This document shows, piece after piece, positions 26,231 through 39,559 of a DNA stretch of 64,000 bases. Position numbers and translations under genes: made by a program. Each line of letters begins with the position of its first letter. The stretch's first letter is position 1. The stretch comes from Camelus ferus (Eukaryota), in contig NC_045697.1 of NCBI RefSeq assembly GCF_009834535.1, positions 115,756,001 through 115,820,000 of the forward strand, read 5' to 3'. A model generated the notes under the pieces. That model saw only the letters and a program-made list of their open reading frames with translations, ran no database searches and was not told the origin of the DNA.

Positions 26231-26369
26231 GCCTTCAGGAAGCAAATTTTCACACACAAGCACACGTGTAAATTTGCATAAAATTACGTTACATAAATTT
26301 ACGTTAACTACAGTATAATGATTGTGAAAAAGCAATAGCATCTTATATTTAAATAGACCTTAATATTTT

Positions 26370-26570
26370 GAAACTGTATTCACATGTACATTAACATATT
26401 AATCCTCATGAAATCCTCATGAAAGCCATTTAGGACCGCATTATAAGCCTCACTTTACAGATGGGAATATTGAAGAACACAAGGTTAACTCACTTAAGAT
26501 CACTTAAGGCTGGAACATTAGAAAGGCAGTGATCTAACCCAGATCTTCCGATTCTAAATGCAATCATCTT
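26370..26570 (-). mobile_element. MIR SINE
   Basis: aatcctcatgaaa...cactttacagatgggaatattgaag...ctaacccagatctt. Confidence 0.75.
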
Positions 26571-27743
26571 GACGTGTCTAAAGTTTTTAAATTACAGGGT
26601 TTTTTCCTGAATTAATATGGAGAAATTTCAATGTCCAGCCTAAGATACAGCCGGATGGGCAACACTGAAAACATACTCTGTCCATTTTGGTATGTGTTTT
26701 AGCCATTTTATCCTCTCTACCCCAACACCCCAGCCCAGCCCTCCCTGCGGCCCCTCCCACACTCATGACTGGAGGACGCTTAGTAAACGCCTCTTGGGTC
26801 CAGTTCTGACGGCTGACCTCTGGGTCATACACGCAGTAGCTCGTTCTCTGAGCAGGAAGGAGATGTGGTCTCCTCCCAGAGCAGTCATTTGTCAGAAAGT
26901 ATGAAAAGCTCAGCCCAAAGCTTCTCAGGATGGAGAGACGAAAGACAGAAAGAATAAAGTGAAAGTGAAGAAAACCTGGAGAGGTCTGTAAATAGGTCAA
27001 AAATTGTTAATTGCTTCCAAACTGGCAATTTTGGCCCAGAAATACATCCTGAATTCAAGACCAGTCTCAAAGGAGATTCATTGTCATATCGCATAAGATC
27101 CAAAATGTTGAAGTTCCATGCTTCTAAAATAAATGATCATTTTGCAAAGCCACAGTTTTGTTGTTGCCACGATAACTGTGATTCAAAGTCAGTCTTTAGA
27201 GAATCAGAATTCTTTCTTTTTTGGTCACCTATTTATATTTTGTTAGACACTTATTTAGGAAATTTCTAGTAATACCAATGGTATTAGATGAGAAATTAAT
27301 TTTGAAACAAAGTTAACTTTTTCACAAAAGATACATTAAGAATTCTGCCAGGATCATGAAAGTCTGTATGCAGGATGTCGTGTTTCTTCACTTTTGATTC
27401 ATACTATTTTGAGGGGTGTTTTAAGAGCAGGATCTAAATAACACCATCTAGATCAAACGGAGAAGAAAAAAAGGACAAGTTACACCTCGTATATGACAGG
27501 GAAATAGAATCCTAAGAAACTAGCAAGTGAAAGCTGTCATAGACTATTAAAAGGCTGAAGGGAGTACAGATTCCTGAAGAAAATTATTCAAACAAAACAT
27601 TTTTGCATGTAATACTTTTGTATCTAATAATTGTGTTCCTTTTGATATAATTATCACAACAATAATAATAGCCTCAAAATAGAAAATAGTTTAATCTCTG
27701 GGAGATTAGCATGGACTGATTTCCAGGAGATATAAGCACATCA

Positions 27744-28848
27744 GGGTTTTGGGTTTTTTTTTTTACTTTTTATTTTGAAATCATTGTATATTTATAAGAA
27801 GTTGCAAAAAAAAAAAAGCATTCAAAAATTACTTAAGAACCTTTTTTATCCATCCATCCTTCTTCGGTTTTAACATCTTGCACAACCATACGAAGTTTTA
27901 AGACCAGGAAATTGGCCTTGACACAATCCACAGAGTTTATTCACATTTCATCAGTTTGGCATGTGTGTGCGCATGTGTGTGTGTGTGTATGTTCATGCAG
28001 TATCATCAAACGTATAGATTCAAGAAACCACTACCACAATCAAGACACGGAACAGTTCCATCACCACAAGGCTCACATTGCACTCCTTCATAACTACACC
28101 CACTCCCCCGTTCCTAACTCTCTAAGCAACTGTCTGTTTTCCATCTCTGTCATGTTCTTATTTTCAGAATGTTCTATAAATGGAATCATGCAGTATCTAA
28201 CCTTTTATGATTTGACTCAGCATAATTCTCTGCTCTTTCATCCGGGTTGTTCCATGTAGCAATAGTTTGCTCTTTTTCATGGCTGAGTAATATTCCACAG
28301 TATGGCCAGACCACATTTTCTTTAACCATTCACCCTTAGACAGAAGTTTGGCCATTACAAACAAAACTGCTACAACAGCCACGTACAGGTTTGTGTTTCA
28401 ATATAGGTTGTCATTGCTTTAGAATGAATGTCCGAGTGTAATTGCTACATCACATGACAATTGCATGCTTATTTTTATAAGAAACTGACAAAATATTTTC
28501 CAGAGTGGCTGTACCATATTACACTTTTCACCAGCAAACTGTGAGTGATTCAGTTTTTCTACCTCCTCGTCAGCATCTGGGGTGGTAACTGTTTTGTATT
28601 TTAGCCATTCTGATAGGGGTATAAGGGTATCTCATGGTGGTTTTAATTTTTACTTTTCTAATGTTTAATGATGCTCAACATTTTTTCATGTGATGACTTG
28701 CCACCTGTGTATCTTCTTCAGTGAAGTGTCTGTAGCCCATTTCCTGATTGAACTGTTTGTATTTTAATTATTGGGTTTTCCGAGTTCTTTCTATAGAGTC
28801 TCGGTATAAGGTCTTTGTCAGATATGTGGTTGGCAAAGATTTTCTCAG
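27744..28848 (-). mobile_element. Old L1M 3' fragment (~1.1 kb)
   Basis: Antisense L1 motifs (ttccagagtggctgtaccat, ttttagccattctgatagg, tttgtcagatatgtggttggcaaa); possible TSD gcacatca at 27736 and 28849. Confidence 0.88.
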
Positions 28849-30132
28849 GCACATCAATTTTATTAAAAAAAAAATTAGGAGAATGTTAGACAAGATATAT
28901 ACATAATTACATTATTTCCTCCAGGAAATATCAGATCAAATCAATAATCAGGAGTTCTGGGGAGAAATATGGAGAATCACTGGAAATCCCATAGAATCTC
29001 AGTATTAGAAACAACGATAAAGAACATTTAAGGATGGAAATCTCCTGTCACATTTTAGCATCATTCCCGAGTTTAACCTGTTTATGGCTCAGTGACTAAA
29101 AGCATCCAGCACCTTTGAAGTCTTGTTTCTCCTTCCCAGTCATGTGACTGATATATGTCAGAAGTGACTTTCTCTAAAATGTATTTACGAGCCACAATGA
29201 TTGCATTATATCTGGGTTCAAAGAATACCCTAAGTCTAGAGAGAATAATAGTTCCAAAAATTTTCTTATGCCCCAATGCAAACGTTCCTGGTGCTAATGT
29301 ATTCTGACTTTGTTACCATCACTAAAAATAAGCCAACATGAAATTTTACATCAGCTATGATTGTATTTTAAAACGGCACACGGACTGATTCGTGAAATCA
29401 ATTTAAGCTCTAAGTTTGATCCTAAAATCCTGTCACACTTAAAATATAATTCAAAATTAACCTCTTTCTTGGAATGGTATTGTGAAATTAAGCTGACTTT
29501 AAAAAGGACTGGGAAGCAAATTTTAAATGCCTCATGGTCCACTTGAAACAGAGCCTTCACTTTCCTTTTTGGTAGAGAATTCATGCATGAGGAGGTTATG
29601 GACATACACTTAATGCCCTTCTGTCATTGTTTCTGACATTCAAATTCATATCTCCTTCCTATAAATGGTAAGTTAGAGGCAAATTACGTATGTCATAAAA
29701 TGGCAGTTTCAATAGAAATGCAGTTAATATTTTGCTTATATAACACGATTCAGCTGAGAAATATCATGAAATAAATTTGTTTTATATTTATATACTTACG
29801 TTTTATTTATATGAGTAATGCTATTAGGAAAATTCAGCACATAATAGCCAGTGAATGATTTCAGAGTGTGTGTACGTGTGTATAAAACGTATTAGGTGGA
29901 AACGGGTAGTCTGTTTGCCAACATTTGACATAGAATGTTGAACACTGAGGCCTGTGAGCATCAACGGGACTCAAAGCAAAGTAGCCTAAGTCCAAAGCGA
30001 CTTCAGGACACATAGAAAATGATTAGAAAAGGATCTGAAAATTAAACGATTCTTGGAACTGGGAATGGACCCAGGTGCTACCTGGTGACTAAAAAGCAGA
30101 GATTGTCCTAAAACTGAGAAAAAATAGTGGTA

Positions 30133-30150
30133 GTGCGCCATCTAGAGGCA
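30133..30150 (-). promoter_or_regulatory. CTCF core motif
   Basis: Reverse complement tgcctctagatggcgcac matches the CTCF core CCASYAGRKGGCRS at nearly all positions. Confidence 0.6.
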
Positions 30151-30344
30151 ATGAGGTTATTTAAACGGTTTGATGTATTTGAATGGAATGATTCTCTGAG
30201 AATCCTGTACCTGAGAACAGAATATGCAAGATGTGTTCACACAAACTTGACGATGATACTGTGACCAAACACGTCTGGTGTGTCACCATTCACAAAGAAA
30301 TTGTAAGGTGGTGTTTTTGCTAAAAATTGTCACTCCAGGCAGTT

Positions 30345-30720
30345 AGTTTAAATACATAACATATAAAACTAGGACACTTTAAGAAGAAAAAAAACTAGGA
30401 AGAAATCTCGAGGACCTACAGCTAAGCATTCTTAGATTTGACACAGAAGCACAGTCCACAAAAGGATAAACTGGACATCAAAATTAAAACTTTTGTTTGG
30501 TGAAACACACCGTTAAGAGGATGAAAAGACAAAAAGCAAGCCTCACGCTGGGAAATGTATTTGCAAATATCTGAAAAAGGACTGGTGTCTACAGTAGGTA
30601 AAGAATTCTCAAAACTCAACAGTGAAAAAAAAAATCGAATCAGAACATAAGCAATAGACATTTCACCTAAGATGCTTTACAGATAGCAAATAGACACATG
30701 AAAAGATGTTCAAGATTATT
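30345..30720 (+). mobile_element. Old L1M ORF2 fragment
   Basis: gataaactggacatcaaaattaaaacttttg...agatagcaaatagacacatgaaaagatgttcaa. Confidence 0.85.
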
Positions 30721-31794
30721 TGGGTTTCATTTTAATTTCCCTAAAGTCTAATAGCATCTTGTTGGACAGCTAGATACAGTCGGTTACTAAACCAGATTTT
30801 CCGCAGCTTAAATCATTTCCATGTTGATCTGTAATAGGGCCACTTTTTTTTTTCTCTCCTGACTCTCAGGAACATTGATATATTCTATAAAAAGTTAAAG
30901 TGGCCCTATTACAGATCAGCAGCTTGGCGAGGGCACTGCGCTGGGACAAAGCCATGAAAGAGGGGGGTCTGCTCTTCCTGGGGATTATAGCTCCCAGGCC
31001 AGCAGGGCTCTCTCCCAGCCTCCCATCTGAGGTGACACCACTGGGAAAATTCTCATCAACATTAAAAATGTGTTTGTGTAAATCTTACCAAGGCTGGCTA
31101 GGGCATAAATGAAAGCCTCTCCCTGAATCTCAAAATAGCCTTTGCCAACTTTTGACTTCATGCATAGAGATGCTACTTTATTATTTAAGCTCTCGGATAA
31201 ACACAATCGCTCATACACATCAAACACATCTTTCAAGCACTTTTCTTTGACCATCTCTCCTCTTATCTCCAGGTGGCATGGACTTCAGTCGGAAACGTTT
31301 TGACAAAGGGTTAGAATAAAATACATTGCAAAACATCTAGGCTAAGACTGCAGAAATAAATGCATTTTTTCTTTATGGTTATTACATTAGAATAAGTGTA
31401 GGATAAAAAAGGGGGAAAAATACACAAATCCAAGTGACTTGATATACAGACTAATGTAAAGAAAAACTGACCTATGCTTTTATCTCATAGTTGTCCCAGA
31501 ATTTCAGGGAAAAGACAAATATATTCAAAAACAAATCCAAAACTGTATGGGAAAAACAAGGAAAGATGTTATCAGCAGTTGAAAATAAACAGTGAAGAAA
31601 CATACATGGCAACACAGGGAGAGTCAGGTGCTGATCAGAGATGCTATGTGAAGGTTTTGGGAAACACCTGGTAAGTGCCACCCAGAATCCAGGTACACAC
31701 TGTCTTCTACTCTTGCTGCCCCCTCAGAAGGGAAGCTCAGAAGCCTGAATGTTCCAATCCAGCTTGAATACCCATGAAACAAGCATAATTTTTC

Positions 31795-31940
31795 CTTCCT
31801 TTTTTTTTTTTTAAATTGAAGTATAGTCAGTTACAAAGTGTGTCAATTTCTGGTGTACAGCATCATGTTTCAGTCCTACATATACATACATACATTCCTT
31901 TTCATATTCTTTTTCATTATAGGTTACTACAAGATATTGT
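31795..31940 (-). mobile_element. L1 3' tip
   Basis: T-tail + aattgaagtatagtcagttaca...cattataggttactacaagatattg; TSD-like gaaacaagc on both sides. Confidence 0.88.
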
Positions 31941-32742
31941 AGAAACAAGCGTTTTTAACAAGCATATTTAACTCTTTATTAATTTCTCCGTTAGTTCATA
32001 ACGTATAGAAAGAATCAATGCGCTCAGCGATCACAGACTCACTGCATGTTTTACACAATGCCCAGCACAATGTTCCACTTACAAGCGTGGTAAATGCTAA
32101 AGGATTGACAGAAATAACTTTAATTCTTTTGCCTATCCTTCAAAAAATTTTTTAATTTAAATTCACAATTTAAATCCTGTATGATTGACTTAATATACAT
32201 AGGTAGCCAGGCCATGGCTTACAAAATATTTTTCGAAATTATTTTAAACCTGTGATTAGCTTACACATAAAAAAAAATCACTCAAAAAATAATTTTTTTA
32301 ATCACAAAGTGTAGTGAACGGTAATGCTACAATTACAATTGCATTTTCCATAATTCTAATGAAAGTAGTTTAATGAATAATTATTTCAAAGAGCCACAAA
32401 CCCTTAGCAAATAAAGAAATAGTTCTTCCTTCCTTTCCCTCTCTTTTTTTTCCTTCCTTTTCCTTCTTCCTTTCTTTCTTTTTTTTCCATAAGCCATCCA
32501 ACAGATATATAAATATTTTAGCATCTTCTATGTGGCAGGCCCTGTTCTAAGAACTGGAAAACATGATGGGAAATGGTAGATAATATCCTCGATCCAGAAG
32601 AGTTTACATTCTTGAGAAAGGTGTTTTAATTAGGAATAGGTCTAGCCTTGAATGATGGGGAAAAAAACTTAAAAATTGGAGAAGAAACTTATAAAATGTG
32701 TTTGTGGTCCAGGACCAGTTATGGTGACTTGGTGATTATCAG

Positions 32743-32920
32743 GCAGGTCTGCCAAGTACAGTTGTACAGGTTCTGCACTGCACAATTCTAAAGCCTGTCA
32801 TTCAAATAACAGACATTGTAGATTTTTATTAACAATTTTACACAAATGGAAACAAACGTCTGCAATGAGGAATGCCTTTCTTCTACTTCATCCAAAGGCG
32901 CCATCTAGGCTAGTGAGGAC
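32743..32920. mobile_element. MER91-like hAT-Tip100 MITE
   Basis: gtacagttgtacaggttctgcactgcacaa ... aaaggcgccatctaggctagtg. Confidence 0.6.
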
Positions 32921-35499
32921 ACCTCAGTCCCCTCATCTTACAGCTTCTGCTTTGTGAGACTCAGCCAGCTCTATAATTCAGCCCGTGGGACAGAACAGGA
33001 CATACATCCTCCCTTTAAGCGCACTTTCTAAGGTTACTCATTCTATTCGTGTTCACGTGTCATCATGTGCGCTTAGAGCCACAACCAGCTTAAGCTGCAA
33101 AAGAGACTGAAAATGTGCTTTGTGCTGGGTTGTCGTATGTCGAACTAACGATCTGGAGGTGTTCTGGCTCCTGTCAAAATGGAAATTAGAATTGCTGCTA
33201 CTCTCTCCCCCCAAATAAACCACGGAGAGGCCGTACACATTCATACACTTACATGTGGCAGATAATCAAGGTTTTAAAACTGCATTTGCTAGTGCACACT
33301 TGGAGAGATCTTTATTTCTCTGTGTTGTCCACAGGATCTGCACAGTGTTATGCAAAAAAAAAAAAAAATAGGCATTCAATATATACCCGATGAAAGATTG
33401 ATCAATTCCACTTCTGATCATACTAGACGAGAAAGAGAAAGCTCACTCTGCCTGATAATTCACCATATGTCTGAAGAGTGACATCATCACCCTCTCAGAC
33501 TTATCTTCTGAACCAGCTAATCTGCATTCCTTTATCTTTTCTCATGGATTCGGGTCAGAGAACTTCATTATCTTCTAAGCAATGCTACAAGCTCTTTCCA
33601 CCTGGACCACATGAACAAATCCGATAAACCCAAAAAGGCAGTTAGTCCATAAAAGAGATTACCAGATTCCATCAACTGTCTCCAACAGACTGAAAATTTT
33701 GTAGGCATTTTTCCACAAAGAAGACCTGTGGACAGAGGTGTTTTATCATTGTTTTTAAAGAGCGTATATGTTCAATGATGGTTTTCGCTAAGTTCTCTTA
33801 GAATGTATTTGCTTCGTTTTTTTAGTGCCCTAAAACAAAGCGTCCTTTTCTGCTCAGGGCTTTTCATGCTTTGTCTGAGTTCCTCATAACAAGCCTGTAG
33901 CCAAGTTTCAAACCCCCTGAGAAACCGACAAGTTACACACTTTTATTCCCATTCATTCTTTTACTGCACTTGATCATAGAATTCTGTCTTTCTGATCCTT
34001 CTTCTCTTTGCACTTGACTAATAGCTAATTTAGCAAAATCTAACTCTGTGAAGGAAATTAAGGGGCTGGGAAAACTACTTATTCCCTTGAGTTTGCTGCA
34101 GGCTTCAACCATAAGAGCTACTTTTTCTTAAGAAAAAATAAAAAGACTATTCTTCAAGATGACAGGATAAAGCCAGGAATCCTTAACTTTTTTTGTTTGT
34201 TTAAAATAAGCAAACTTCACAGACAGTGATGATAAAAGACACCTTTTAATATGCAAAGCCCTTTTAGCCTGCATCCTTGAAGTCATCATTCATTTTTGGA
34301 ATCTCTCCTGTGTGCCAGGCATCCTTCTAGCCCTGAGAACATAGTGATGAACAGAAGACCCTTGTCGTCATGGAAGCAAAACAAAATTTCCAATCAATTT
34401 AAAGCCTACTTATCCTTTAAAATGTGAAATGCTACTGTAATTTAAGGCAGACAACACGCTTTCACGTGCTTGCTTTCTTGATGGAGTTGTAATCCTTGAT
34501 CTAAAATTCCTGATCTAAATACAAATAAAGTACATTATCAAAGATTTTTTTTTCCCTTGGGATCATTCATGGCTTTAGCTAAAATAATGTAAACAAAGGC
34601 AAAAAGATGAAACTTCCAATAGAAGTGTGAATAGTTAATTTATACTTACTTTCCTACACTTGTAGGAAATTACACAGAAACAGTGAAAATGCATTCACAA
34701 GCCATCACACACACACACAGTGCATTCTCGTATCTTGAGTTTCCCATTTTATTAAGAATTTTAACTATGTCGTGTAAATACATAGTTTGAACTATAAATA
34801 CATAGCTTGAACTAATTATTTATGCTCATTTGAAACATTGTATCACATCATAATAGCTAGTAGGCAGCTTAAGGGAATCTTGTCATATCTCATCTTGTAT
34901 GTATTGAAACTTAACATCATTCAACACTGAATACGGATAGAGTTAATATTTTAGTGCATTAAGTGAAATTATCCAAAAACAAATAAAAATACAGCTACGG
35001 ATATATATTAAAACCATTAATACTTAAAGGATCACTTCTTGTGTCCTTTGCATTAACAAAAATATACACTGCTGCTCTAAACTCTCATTACAAAGTAGCC
35101 TGTTGAACTGTGGTTACCTACTCCTTCCTATTAATTATAAGGAACATGCATTCACATGTTTAAACTAAATTTCCCCTAAAATTTCAGTACCAACAAGTTT
35201 AAATAGATACTTGACTTCACCAAACAGCCTCTTAATCCATTTTCCAAATTGTCGTGTGTCACTTTCAACTCCAGAGCAGTCAATAATATCAATTTAGGCT
35301 TATTGTTTTCCAGTCTGTTTTCACTGCTTTCTGCTCACCTACTGCATCAGCAATTCGTTCTAACTGGTTGCTGTTAGGCAATAGATTTTTTTTTCATCTT
35401 GTCTTCATGAGAATAATTCAAAGTATCAAGACACTGGAAATTCAAAGACTTTGGAAGCAGTGGTTTTGTCATGAAGAAATGTGTTTATATAGACAATCT

Positions 35500-35695
35500 G
35501 AAGCCAGTGCCTGGGCTGAACCCCAGGTCCTCTGTAAACAGCAAGTTTTGAGATCGCTCCATGCTTCTATTTCTTCTCTGCAAAAACAGGAATAATAAAA
35601 GCATATACTTTATCATGATATTATGAGGATTAAAAGAATCAACGTTTTTAAAGCACTTAAAAAGTGCTGGTGGTTAAAAAGTGCTATATATTTGC
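35500..35695 (+). mobile_element. MIR SINE
   Basis: tgcctgggctgaacccc...ctctgcaaaaacaggaataataa...tatgaggattaaa. Confidence 0.7.
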
Positions 35696-36954
35696 TAAGT
35701 TAATCATTTAAATAAAAATGGTTTTAAATTCATTCTTCCATTTCCTTACCTCCACATTTAACACACACAGTCAGAGACGTACCGAGAAAAAAATTTAAGT
35801 ACTTCATAAATAAATTATATTACTTCAATATCAGCGAGTTATTGCCAGAATTCCTTCTTGGAATGACAGGAATTCAAGACACACGATGACAAGAGTATGT
35901 AATTTGGAAAAGCAAGTACAGTTCCCCGTGCACATCAGAGAGATGCCACTTTAGAGTCGAATAATGCCACGGATGGATAGAGCTTGAACCATTTCTTCAC
36001 ATAGATGGTAGGAATTGATGAAAAATGTGCTGGCTTTCTTTCTGTTGCTGAAAACTCATGATACAGTAGAAGAGATTTTTTTTCCCTTCAGTTAACAATT
36101 TCTTTGTGCAAAATGTAGCCGAGAAAAAGCAAAAATATGTTATGATTAGGACGAACAGAGTAGCAGCTATGGCTGCAGCAATAAAGACTGTAGCTCCTCA
36201 AATTAAAAAGCCTGTTCCCGAATGCCAATTACCACACTCCTTTAATCATAGGGAACAGTTGGCATTGCCTCCTGATCTTGATTCAACATTGAAGTCAATT
36301 GTGAAAAATGTGAGTGTAATTATATTGTGCCCTTGAGCATAGGTATTTTCAGGTTGCCCAATAAAAAATAAAAAATAGGCAGCGATATGAGAGCCTGCTT
36401 TTTCCTGCTCGAGATGCTGGCCATTAAGAGAAAAGGTGTGCACACAGGCTGGGGAGTGAGGGAATAAAACCAGGGTATATAGATGTGTGTGTCTGATGAA
36501 TTCCCTTGAACATCCTAAAAGTCGTCACTTCAGAAAATATCAATAATTTTGAGGCTGGGATATACTAAGCAGACTGGACTATAAAGAGGATAATTACTTG
36601 TTAGAGAAAGTAACCAAAGGCTTGTTACTAGGTGTGCTTTTCAATAACTTGAAAATGCATCACAGAGCAAGAAGAAATGTTTTCCAGAACCAAATCTGTT
36701 AGTTTGGGTTATGAAGCACTTTACTATTACCTTCGAGGCTGAAAAACATTCCGGGCTCCAGGTGTGATGTGATTTGATATACTCACCGTCTGTCCAGAAC
36801 TGGAAGTATCCATCCAGCTTCCCCCAAACAATTTGGCTCCGTCAGTCTCTTCCATAAATGGAGTCCTTCTAAGGTGGTTGTTCTAACTTTGTAGCCATGA
36901 CTTCCTGTGGTAGATTTATTGGCTACAAGACTTAACCTCTCTGCATCCAGTCCC

Positions 36955-37210
36955 CTGTGATGGAGTCTTTGTTGGGAGAGGAGGGTGAATAGTGTATCCT
37001 CAGCCCTTGACTTTGGTCTTGACCATGGCACTTGTTTTGGTCAATGTGATATCATTGGACAAAAGGGGTGTGATATGAACTTGCCTGGGGAGGGAATGCC
37101 TCCTTTTCCCATCTCTGCCATCTTCACTAAGAGAACACGTGACCTCAAGCTGCTTGTCCAAGAAGGATGAGGAACACGTGCAGCGGAAGGACCCCGCTGA
37201 CCCAGGGCAT
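36955..37210 (+). mobile_element. MLT1 (MaLR) LTR fragment
   Basis: cccttgactttggtcttgaccatggcacttgttttggtcaatg. Confidence 0.6.
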
Positions 37211-37448
37211 GGATCTGGATGCAAAGATTGGCGAGCGAAAGGCAGATTTACTTGATATACCACCGAGGTTTCCTGATCGCCCGCCCTGTTACCGTGGAAG
37301 GAGTCCCCTAGTGCAAATGTGTCAGTGGAACTTCTCTCAGCTCTGGCTATGGCTTGTCAAGCAGAAGTAGATTTTTGGGATAAAGATTAAAAACAGTATA
37401 GTCTCTCTAACTGATTTTTAAAAAGCGATCATTATCAACAGGATTTTT

Positions 37449-37590
37449 TAGATCAATTTACTTCTCCATTTTATTTTTTTTGTATATATGTATTTTTATT
37501 GAAGTATAGTGCTGTAGATGATCATTCTAAGTGGAATAAGCCAGAAAGAGAAAAAAAAAATACCATATGATATCACTTATATGTGGAATC
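37449..37590 (-). mobile_element. Short rearranged L1 insertion (antisense tip joined to a sense fragment)
   Basis: tttttattgaagtatagt joined to cattctaagtggaataagccagaaagag...gtggaatc; candidate TSD tatcaaca(gg/at)attttt at 37433 and 37591. Confidence 0.7.
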
Positions 37591-38430
37591 TATCAACAAT
37601 ATTTTTAATCTTGCCTTATTTTATTGTTCCTAGATTTTGATTTTTTTCAGTTTACCATGTGTTTCTTTTACACGTTGAAAGCCTATTGTACAGAACAAAA
37701 TTGCTTAAAGTATAAAAAACACTGAATTAAAAAGTGATGTCGAATATAACTTTAAAAAGCAAAAAAGATACTTTGAATTGCTAAGTCAGCAATTTTTTCT
37801 TCCATACACATACACACATTACCTTAAATTGTTAGGGGGAAAAAAAATTTTCCCATGTATATGTTACCCTTATTTAACACCGTATGTTCATCTTACTCAC
37901 ATGGATAACGTATGCTTACATAAAACCTGTCCTAAACAATTCAGAATCACTTCTTGGAAATGGTATAAGCAACCAGATTCCATTCCTGTAACTGCTACTC
38001 AGACAATGCTTCTCTTGTCTTTCCCAGTGTCTGCTAACTATATGATTTGTTCCCTCTACCACATGAGCCAAATTGGCTTTGAAGGTTTAGATACTTTATT
38101 GAAGACACTTGATGTGACCATATGGGACGTCAAAAATAGCTAGAGTCACAGTAGACATTTCAGACCCTTCATATTTTGCTGTTTTTTTTTTTTCACATTA
38201 TTCCTGATGTATTTGGAACCATGGCTCATTGGAAGCTTAATTGTTTTATAAAGATTTCTGTAAAATCCAGAGACCATGAAATTATTCTATTTTGTTTTCT
38301 TTGTTAGGAGTTATTCTTGGTGAGGAAAGGGGACAAGAGCAAAAACTGGTGTTTAAAAGTCTTCAAAAACTCTACTATATGAAAATTCCCAAATATGTTT
38401 TATAGCTAAAATAAAAGTTAACATTTTAAA

Positions 38431-38938
38431 AATTTTTATTGAAGTATAGGCAGTTTACAATGTTGTGTCAATTTCTGGCATACAGCACCATGTTTCAGTC
38501 ACACATATACATGCAGATATTTGTTTTCATATTATTTTCCAGTGTAGGCTACTACAAGATATTAAATATAGTTCCCTGTGCTATACAGTATGAATTTGTT
38601 GTTTATATATTTCATATATAGTTGTGTGTATCTGCAAATCTCAAGTTCCCAATTTATCCCTTCCCACCCCCTTCCACAACTGGTAACCATAAGTTTGTTT
38701 TCTGTGTCTATGAATCTGTTTCTATTTTGTAAATAAGCTCATTTGTGTCTTTTTTTTTTAAGATTACACATATAAGTAATAACATATAATATTTTTCTTT
38801 CTCTTTCTGGCTTACTTCACTTAGAATGACGATCTCCAGGTCCATCCATGTTGCAGCAAATGGCATTATTTTATTCTTCTTTATGGCTGAGTAGTATTCC
38901 ATTGTATAAATAGACAACAACTTCTTTATTCAGTCATC
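38431..38938 (-). mobile_element. Young L1 3' fragment
   Basis: ORF 38708-38920 translates to the L1 ORF2 end ([23 protein letters not shown]); TSD taacattttaaa at 38419-38430 and 38939-38950. Confidence 0.95.
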
Positions 38939-39409
38939 TAACATTTTAAAGGGTATAACATCTAACACTCGTTCTGGAAAAAAATATCACTCAGATTCTG
39001 ACTTCATTCGATTAGACATATCCTTCATTAAAATTTGATCATTCGCCCCCAAAATTTGTCTGACTACATCCATGGTGCTGACTTACCTGGCCCTTAGGTT
39101 TACTGATGCTGCTGGTGTTGGAGGTCATGGTCGTGGTGGTGTTTTTAGTCAATACAAGAGGACAAAAGCTCAGGATGATTCTTAAAATTTTTTTTTAATT
39201 TTCAATTTTTTTTTTAATTTTTGCCACCATAACTCATTTTATCAAATTAAGAAGACATCTAAAACACACTGATTCATCATTCTTTGCTCACTAATACATG
39301 TAATGTAAAAGATGCGTTTTACTGAGGCTATGTTATTCTCACTTGATATGTGATATATGATATACATTTGGTCTAAGACTAGTGGGCCTGTAGGTACAAT
39401 CATCAAGAG

Positions 39410-39531
39410 TTTTTTTAATTATTAGAGTTTATTTTATTGTATATGTATTTTTTTTTAATGGAGGTACTGGGGATGGAACTCAGGACATTGTGCATGCTAA
39501 GCGTGTGCTCTACCGAGTTATACCCTACCCC
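39410..39531 (-). mobile_element. tRNA-derived camelid SINE (Vic-1-like), short form
   Basis: Pol III A/B-box head (ggtataactcggtagagc...ctgagttcc); TSD caagag. Confidence 0.88.
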
Positions 39532-39559
39532 CAAGAGATTTTTTTTTTAATCCTTTGCG

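Noticed and set aside
36010..36210. Minus-strand hydrophobic stretch ATVFIAAAIAATLFVLIITYFCFF resembling a TM exon
   Set aside because: Weak acceptor, no recognisable protein and no in-frame partner exon found
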